A stretch of 64,000 nt of DNA, taken from positions 64,001 through 128,000 of the forward strand of contig CAVQRZ010000014.1 in assembly GCA_963715335.1 (NCBI GenBank), given 5' to 3'. The notes beneath the pieces are model-generated. The model was not told where the DNA came from and searched no databases. It worked only from the letters and a program-made list of their open reading frames with translations. Within the stretch, counting starts at the first letter, position 1, and each line of letters opens with the position of its first letter. Position numbers and translations under genes: made by a program. This document shows positions 58,820-64,000 of the stretch, in pieces. This DNA is from an uncultured delta proteobacterium. GTDB lineage: Bacteria; Desulfobacterota; Desulfuromonadia; Desulfuromonadales; BM103.

Positions 58820-60559
58820 ATGCAGAAACGGGTTGATGACTTGAATTCACTGGCGCCGATTTTTCTCAAGGCATTATCCGTGCCCTTGCTGGCCTGTAAT
58901 CCACAGGGGCGTATCGTTTATGCCAATCCGGCAGCAGAGAGCCAGCTGAAAGCCACAGTCGGTGTGATGCTTGCCGAACCCTTGCCGAAACTGGCCGAAG
59001 CGGTTGGCAGTTTCAGCCGTAGTGCACGGCCATCGCCACCAATGACCATCACTCGCGGTACGGGTGCGCCTTATCTGGCCTTGCTCAACACGGTGAAGTC
59101 CGGTGATGGGCAAAACCTGACCCTTTGCCTGTTGCCGCCCGCACCCTCGCCACCGCAATCGGACCAGCGTATGCAGGACTTCGAAGCGCTGACTCTCGAG
59201 TTGCATGCGATCATCGATTCTTCGTCTGACGGGCTGTTCGTCTGTGACGCGGGTGCCAACGTTATCCGGGTGAATCCGGCCTCCGAGAGAATCCATAAGC
59301 GTCCGGCAGCCGAGATGGTCGGGCGGAATATGCGCGATCTTATCGATGAGGGCTTTATCGATCGATCTGCCGCCCTGGAGGCCAGTTTAAAGAAGAAAAG
59401 TATCAGCCAACTGCAGAACTTGCCGGGAGGGGGCAAGCTGATTTCCGTAGCGACTCCGGTTTTCGATCACAGCGGCGAGTTGATCCGTGTGGTGGTCAGT
59501 GAGCGCGACATCACTGAAATCGATCAGCTGCAGCGGGAATTGGAAAACCAGGAGGCGATCAAAGACCAGTTCCGCCACCAGATGCTGGAGATGCAGCAGG
59601 CCGAGCTGGAGTCGCGGCGAATCATTGCCCGGAGCCCGAATATGATCAAGGCGTTGCGCCAGGCAACCAAGGTCGCCACAGCTGATTCCTCGGTGTTGAT
59701 CCTCGGTGAATCGGGTGTCGGCAAGGGGGTTATTGCCGATATGATCCATCATAATTCCCGCCGCTCCGAGCACCCCATGATCAAGATCAACTGCGGCGCG
59801 ATTCCCGAGTCACTGATCGAGGCGGAACTCTTCGGTTATGAAAAGGGCGCCTTCACCGGGGCCAGTCCGGGCGGTAAGCCGGGGCAATTCGAACTTGCCA
59901 ACGAAGGGGTCCTTTTTCTCGACGAGATTGCTGAACTGCCCTTGTCGGCACAGGTTAAGCTGCTGCGTTTCCTTGAAGACGGCCAGATCACTCGTCTTGG
60001 CAGCACCGTGCAACGTAAGGTTGATGTACGGGTACTGGCCGCGACTCATCGCGATCTCGAGGAGATGGTAGAGCGGGGAACCTTCCGGCTTGATCTTTAC
60101 TATCGTCTCAATGTTATCCCGATTCATGTGCCGGCGGTCCGTGAACGCAGGGACTGTCTGGTGCCCCTGATCAGGCACTATATCGACCATTTCGCCGCGA
60201 TCAACAAGACTCCCAAGCGTCTGACACGTGCTACCCTCGACGCCCTGGCCGGCTACGCCTATCCCGGTAATGTCCGTGAATTGATGAATATCTGCGAACG
60301 ACTGGTGGTCATGTCAGAGACTGAGCTTATCGACGTCGCTGACTTGCCTGCCCAGATCGCCGGGGCCTCACAATCCGGGATGCCGGAAGACCTTGAATGG
60401 CCGGAGTCGATTTCGTTGCAGGAAGCGCTGGAGACTGTCGAACGCAACCTGCTGCTCCGGGCGCGAGACAGGTTTCGCAACCAGGCCGGAATTGCAGAGG
60501 CGCTGGGAGTGAACCAGTCAACGATTGCGCGAAAACTTAAACGCTATAACCTGACCTAG
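58820..60559 (+). CDS. PAS-domain sigma54-dependent transcriptional activator
   Basis: PAS domains, GESGVGK, GAFTGA, FLDEI and HTH (LGVNQSTIARKL). Confidence 0.93.
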   Translation: MQKRVDDLNSLAPIFLKALSVPLLACNPQGRIVYANPAAESQLKATVGVMLAEPLPKLAEAVGSFSRSARPSPPMTITRGTGAPYLALLNTVKSGDGQNLTLCLLPPAPSPPQSDQRMQDFEALTLELHAIIDSSSDGLFVCDAGANVIRVNPASERIHKRPAAEMVGRNMRDLIDEGFIDRSAALEASLKKKSISQLQNLPGGGKLISVATPVFDHSGELIRVVVSERDITEIDQLQRELENQEAIKDQFRHQMLEMQQAELESRRIIARSPNMIKALRQATKVATADSSVLILGESGVGKGVIADMIHHNSRRSEHPMIKINCGAIPESLIEAELFGYEKGAFTGASPGGKPGQFELANEGVLFLDEIAELPLSAQVKLLRFLEDGQITRLGSTVQRKVDVRVLAATHRDLEEMVERGTFRLDLYYRLNVIPIHVPAVRERRDCLVPLIRHYIDHFAAINKTPKRLTRATLDALAGYAYPGNVRELMNICERLVVMSETELIDVADLPAQIAGASQSGMPEDLEWPESISLQEALETVERNLLLRARDRFRNQAGIAEALGVNQSTIARKLKRYNLT

Positions 60560-60599
60560 TCATGAGCACCTTTTCTTCTTTTGTTGCAGCTATACAGGC

Positions 60600-60625
60600 A
60601 TATTTATGCGGTAGTGCATAAATAT
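60600..60625. promoter_or_regulatory. Enhancer-type palindrome ATATTTATGC-N6-GCATAAATAT
   Basis: Perfect 10-bp arms about 200 bp upstream of a sigma54 promoter. Confidence 0.7.
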
Positions 60626-60818
60626 CTTGAGCGAGCTCGAGGGGCACTGTTTTGCCCGTCAAAAATACCCGTCTGGTTGTGATGAATGTCGTGCCAAGAC
60701 ACGCTGAACGTTAGCGTCAAAATATTGCTTAACTTGTTAATATATAGGACTAATTTTTTCCATAGAGCATAGTCGTGATCTGTTTCATCAAGGGGCTGTT
60801 TGATTTTGTAACACTGTT

Positions 60819-60834
60819 TGGCACCGCTCTTGCT
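60819..60834 (+). promoter_or_regulatory. Sigma54 -24/-12 promoter of the liv-type operon
   Basis: TGGCAC-CGCTC-TTGCT, consensus match. Confidence 0.85.
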
Positions 60835-60971
60835 AAGTCCTTGCTATACTGCCAAGCGGTTCATATTCGTACACGATTCTCGACAGAGAGCAGTTGCAAT
60901 GACAAGGTTCCATGTAACAATGTGTTGATAATGTAGTGTGTTAATTTCATTAACCCAATCGAAAAAAGGAG

Positions 60972-62093
60972 ATGAGTATGTTTAAGAAATGTTTTATCGT
61001 CATGGTTTCTTTGTGTCTGGCCACGGTGCTGGCCGCGGGAACGGGATTTGCTGCTGGCGAAGTTAAGGTCGGCATCATGATCCCCACCACAGGTGGTACC
61101 GCAACCGATGGTAAGGACATGGAGAGCGCCATCAAACTGGCCGTTGACGAGATCAACGCTGCCGGTGGCCTTTTGGGTAAGCAGATTGTCACCACCACAG
61201 GTGATGATGCCTGTGACCCGCAACAGGCTGTCGCCGCCGCCAGCAAACTGATCTCTGAAGATGTCGTCGGCGTTGTCGGCGGTTACTGCTCCGGCGCAAC
61301 CCTGCCGACTCTCGCCCTGTACGGCGAAGCCAAGGTGCCTTTTGTTATTACCGCGTCCAACTCTACTGCTCTGGTCGGTGCCAATCCCGGCATCGGCTTC
61401 ATGATCAACTCCACCGGCGACGCCCAGGCTGACACGGCTGTTGCGCTTTTCGATTCCCTCGGCGTGAAGAGTCTTGCCATCGTTCACATGGGTGAAGCCT
61501 ACTCTGAAGATCTCGCCAAGATTTCCAAGGTCAAGTGGGAAGAAAAGGGCAACAAGGTCCTTGCTTACGAAGTGGTCAACAAGGGTGAGCAGGACTTCTC
61601 CTCCCTCGTCACAACCCTTAAGTCGAAGCAGCCTGATGCAATCTTCTGGACGGCCTACTACGCAGAAGGCGCCCTGCTGATCAAGCAGCTTCGCCAGGCC
61701 GGCTATCGCGGCACGATTGCCATCGGCGACGGCTCCAACTCGCCGAAGCTGATTGAAATTGCCGGTAAAGCTGCAGAAGGCGTGTACTGCTTCTCCAATC
61801 CGATCGTTGACTACCTGCCCGCCGCCAAGGACTTTGCCGCGAACTTCACGAAGAAGTACGGTGTCGCTCCCGGTCCTTATTCGACCCTCTCATACGATGG
61901 CATGATGCTTTATGCCGACGCCGTCAAGCGTGCCGGGTCCTTTGACAAGGCCGCCGTCGCCAAGGCCCTGAAAGCCACCGACAACTACGAAGGGATTGCC
62001 GGTCCGATCTCCTTTACGGACAAGTTGACCCTGGCCCGCAGCAACTTCGTCGTGCTCAAGGTCGACGGCCAGAAGTGGCAACTTAACAAGTAA
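60972..62093 (+). CDS. livK: Branched-chain amino acid type ABC substrate-binding protein
   Basis: INAAGG.LG, DDACDP.QAV and GGYCSGAT; signal peptide. Confidence 0.88.
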   Translation: MSMFKKCFIVMVSLCLATVLAAGTGFAAGEVKVGIMIPTTGGTATDGKDMESAIKLAVDEINAAGGLLGKQIVTTTGDDACDPQQAVAAASKLISEDVVGVVGGYCSGATLPTLALYGEAKVPFVITASNSTALVGANPGIGFMINSTGDAQADTAVALFDSLGVKSLAIVHMGEAYSEDLAKISKVKWEEKGNKVLAYEVVNKGEQDFSSLVTTLKSKQPDAIFWTAYYAEGALLIKQLRQAGYRGTIAIGDGSNSPKLIEIAGKAAEGVYCFSNPIVDYLPAAKDFAANFTKKYGVAPGPYSTLSYDGMMLYADAVKRAGSFDKAAVAKALKATDNYEGIAGPISFTDKLTLARSNFVVLKVDGQKWQLNK

Positions 62094-62118
62094 GCAGAGC
62101 GTTTTTCATTAGTAACGT

Positions 62119-62147
62119 CCCTGCTGCAGCCAGGTGCTGCAGCAGGG
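62119..62147 (+). other. Intercistronic hairpin after the binding-protein gene
   Basis: CCCTGCTGCAGC-N5-GCTGCAGCAGGG with no U tract; typical mRNA-stabilising position. Confidence 0.55.
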
Positions 62148-62301
62148 TGCAGCACTCTGTTCGTTCCACGCGCCTGGATATCTTCCTACAACCATAACCG
62201 TGTTGCATATTTTACCGGGCCGTCGTCTTAGAAAATTCGATATCTGCGACGGTCAAGTGCGACTCTGCCCGTCCGACGAAGCCAAAGAAGGGACAACCGT
62301 A

Positions 62302-63216
62302 GTGTCAACACTGGATATTTTCTTGCAACAATTAGTGAACGGTTTGATCCTCGGGTCTTTCTACAGCCTTGTCGCTCTGGGCTATTCGATGGTCTACGGG
62401 ATAATCAAACTACTCAATTTTGCCCATGGTGACATCTACATGGTCGGGTCCTTTATCGGTCTGATCCTGCTTGGTCTGCTGAGTCCTTTTCTGGGTGCCG
62501 GCTGGGCCGGGATTCTCGTCGCCATGATCATCAGTATGATCCTGGTGGGGCTGCTCGGCGTGTTCATCCAGCGCGTCGCGTACGTGCCGATGCTGAGTGC
62601 CCCGCGACTGTCAATCCTGATCACGGCACTGGCCGTCTCCATGGTGCTTTATAACTTCGTCATGGCCTCGACGAGTGGTGAGTACAAAGCCTTCCCTGTC
62701 GATCTTGGCTACGAAGGCGTCGAGTTCGGCAACGTCTTTATCACCTATACGCAAATCATCCTGGTCTCTTCGACGGCCACCCTGATGATGGTTCTGCATT
62801 TTTTTATCAGTAAAACGATGCTCGGCAAGGCGATGCGGGCGATCGCCATTGACCAGGACGCCTGCCGCCTGATGGGCATCAATGTCAACAGCATCATTGC
62901 CTTGACCTTTTTCGTCGGCTCCGCACTGGCGTGCGCCGCTGGTGTCATGGCCGGCGTCTATTACGGCAGCATCCACTTCTTCATGGGCTTTCTGATCGGT
63001 CTGAAGGCTTTTACTGCGGCCGTTATAGGTGGGATCGGCAGCATCCCGGGCGCGGTCCTGGGCGGCCTGATCCTCGGTCTGCTGGAAGCGTTCGGCACCC
63101 AGTTGCCTTTTATCGGTTCTGAATGGAAAGATGTGTTTGCCTTTGCAATCCTGATCCTTCTGCTTCTTTTCAAACCGACCGGTCTGCTGGGCAAGACCGA
63201 AATTGAGAGGATGTAG
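62302..63216 (+). CDS. livH: BCAA-type ABC permease
   Basis: QQLVNGL, NFAHGD, GKAMRA and KAFTAAVIGGIG. Confidence 0.92.
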   Translation: MSTLDIFLQQLVNGLILGSFYSLVALGYSMVYGIIKLLNFAHGDIYMVGSFIGLILLGLLSPFLGAGWAGILVAMIISMILVGLLGVFIQRVAYVPMLSAPRLSILITALAVSMVLYNFVMASTSGEYKAFPVDLGYEGVEFGNVFITYTQIILVSSTATLMMVLHFFISKTMLGKAMRAIAIDQDACRLMGINVNSIIALTFFVGSALACAAGVMAGVYYGSIHFFMGFLIGLKAFTAAVIGGIGSIPGAVLGGLILGLLEAFGTQLPFIGSEWKDVFAFAILILLLLFKPTGLLGKTEIERM

Positions 63217-63218
63217 CC

Positions 63219-64000
63219 GTGCTGGAAAAGAACAAGACAAAAATGACCCTGATCTACGCATTTCTGGCCTTTGTTGTGATCGCCATGCCGGTGGTGGCCA
63301 ATAACTATGTCATGAACACCTTTTCGGACGTCTTCTTCTATGTGGTCGTCTGCCTGGGTTTGAATATAGTCGTGGGTTATGCAGGCCTGCTTGATCTCGG
63401 CTACGCGGCCTTCTTCGCGGTTGGCGCCTATACCACGGCAATCCTGACTTCAACCTTCGGCATGAACTTCTGGTTGACCATCCCGTTTGCGATTCTTTTC
63501 TCGGCGGTTTCAGGAGTGATCATCGGTGGGCCGACGCTGCGGCTCAGGAGCGACTACCTGGCAATCGTGACGCTCGGGTTCGGTGAGATCGTCCGGATTA
63601 CAGCCAGGAATCTTAAGATTACCGGCGGGGCCGGCGGCATCTACGGGATTGAAAGACCCTCCTTTTTCGGCATCGAAATGAGTGGCAACATTCACTACTA
63701 CTATGCCTTCCTCGTGCTGGCTTTTCTGGCGATCTTTATCAGCTATCGACTGCAGTACTCGCGACTGGGCAGGGCCTGGCAATATGTTCGCGAAGATGAG
63801 GATGCTGCCGAGGCGATGGGGATCAACCGGGTGCGGGTCAAGCTGGCGGCTTACGTCATCGGTGCCGTGTTTGGCGGGGTCGCCGGGAGTTTCTTTGCTG
63901 TCAAGATGACAGCCATCTCTCCGGAAACATTCATGTTCACTCAGTCGATCCTGATTCTGCTCGGCGTGGTTATCGGGGGGATGGGCAAAATTCCCGGGGT
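63219..64000 (+). CDS. livM: BCAA-type ABC permease, 3'-truncated by window edge
   Basis: Read manually: GLNIVVGYAGLLDLGY, LRLRSDYLAIVTLGFGEI and REDEDAAEAMG. Confidence 0.9.
   Translation, partial: MLEKNKTKMTLIYAFLAFVVIAMPVVANNYVMNTFSDVFFYVVVCLGLNIVVGYAGLLDLGYAAFFAVGAYTTAILTSTFGMNFWLTIPFAILFSAVSGVIIGGPTLRLRSDYLAIVTLGFGEIVRITARNLKITGGAGGIYGIERPSFFGIEMSGNIHYYYAFLVLAFLAIFISYRLQYSRLGRAWQYVREDEDAAEAMGINRVRVKLAAYVIGAVFGGVAGSFFAVKMTAISPETFMFTQSILILLGVVIGGMGKIPG

Overview
Mostly core-chromosome DNA from a GC-rich deltaproteobacterium, inferred from gene content and protein types to be Desulfuromonadales-like. About 55 genes are recognisable from protein motifs. They include hemY, a DHH nanoRNase-like gene, def, an ArfB-like GGQ protein, an A2-type cytochrome c oxidase operon, a KamA/EpmB-epmA-RND-efp-efpL cluster, an OFA-type MFS, a SatP-like permease beside a Cache kinase/NtrC pair, a 23S rRNA methyltransferase, uvrC, malQ, prfC, asnS, proC, a degenerate GGDEF protein and a sigma54-driven liv-type ABC operon. 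I saw no rRNA, tRNA, CRISPR array, transposase or phage gene. Seven apparent single-base indels break otherwise intact genes and are probably sequencing errors. The main signals beyond routine annotation are: (1) a ~400-bp self-complementary non-coding element in two copies, each enclosed by REP-like hairpins; (2) a candidate sigma54 carboxylate regulon defined by a shared TTTGCA-N4-TGCAAA enhancer at two transporter promoters next to a tandem-Cache kinase; (3) a J-domain protein with four MshEN-like repeats; (4) a SatP paralogue with an N-terminal Cys-rich domain; (5) divergent efp/efpL genes, with an RND pump lying between efp and epmA; (6) heptamer-repeat cassettes at many gene junctions. 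All calls are by eye; no database searches were run.
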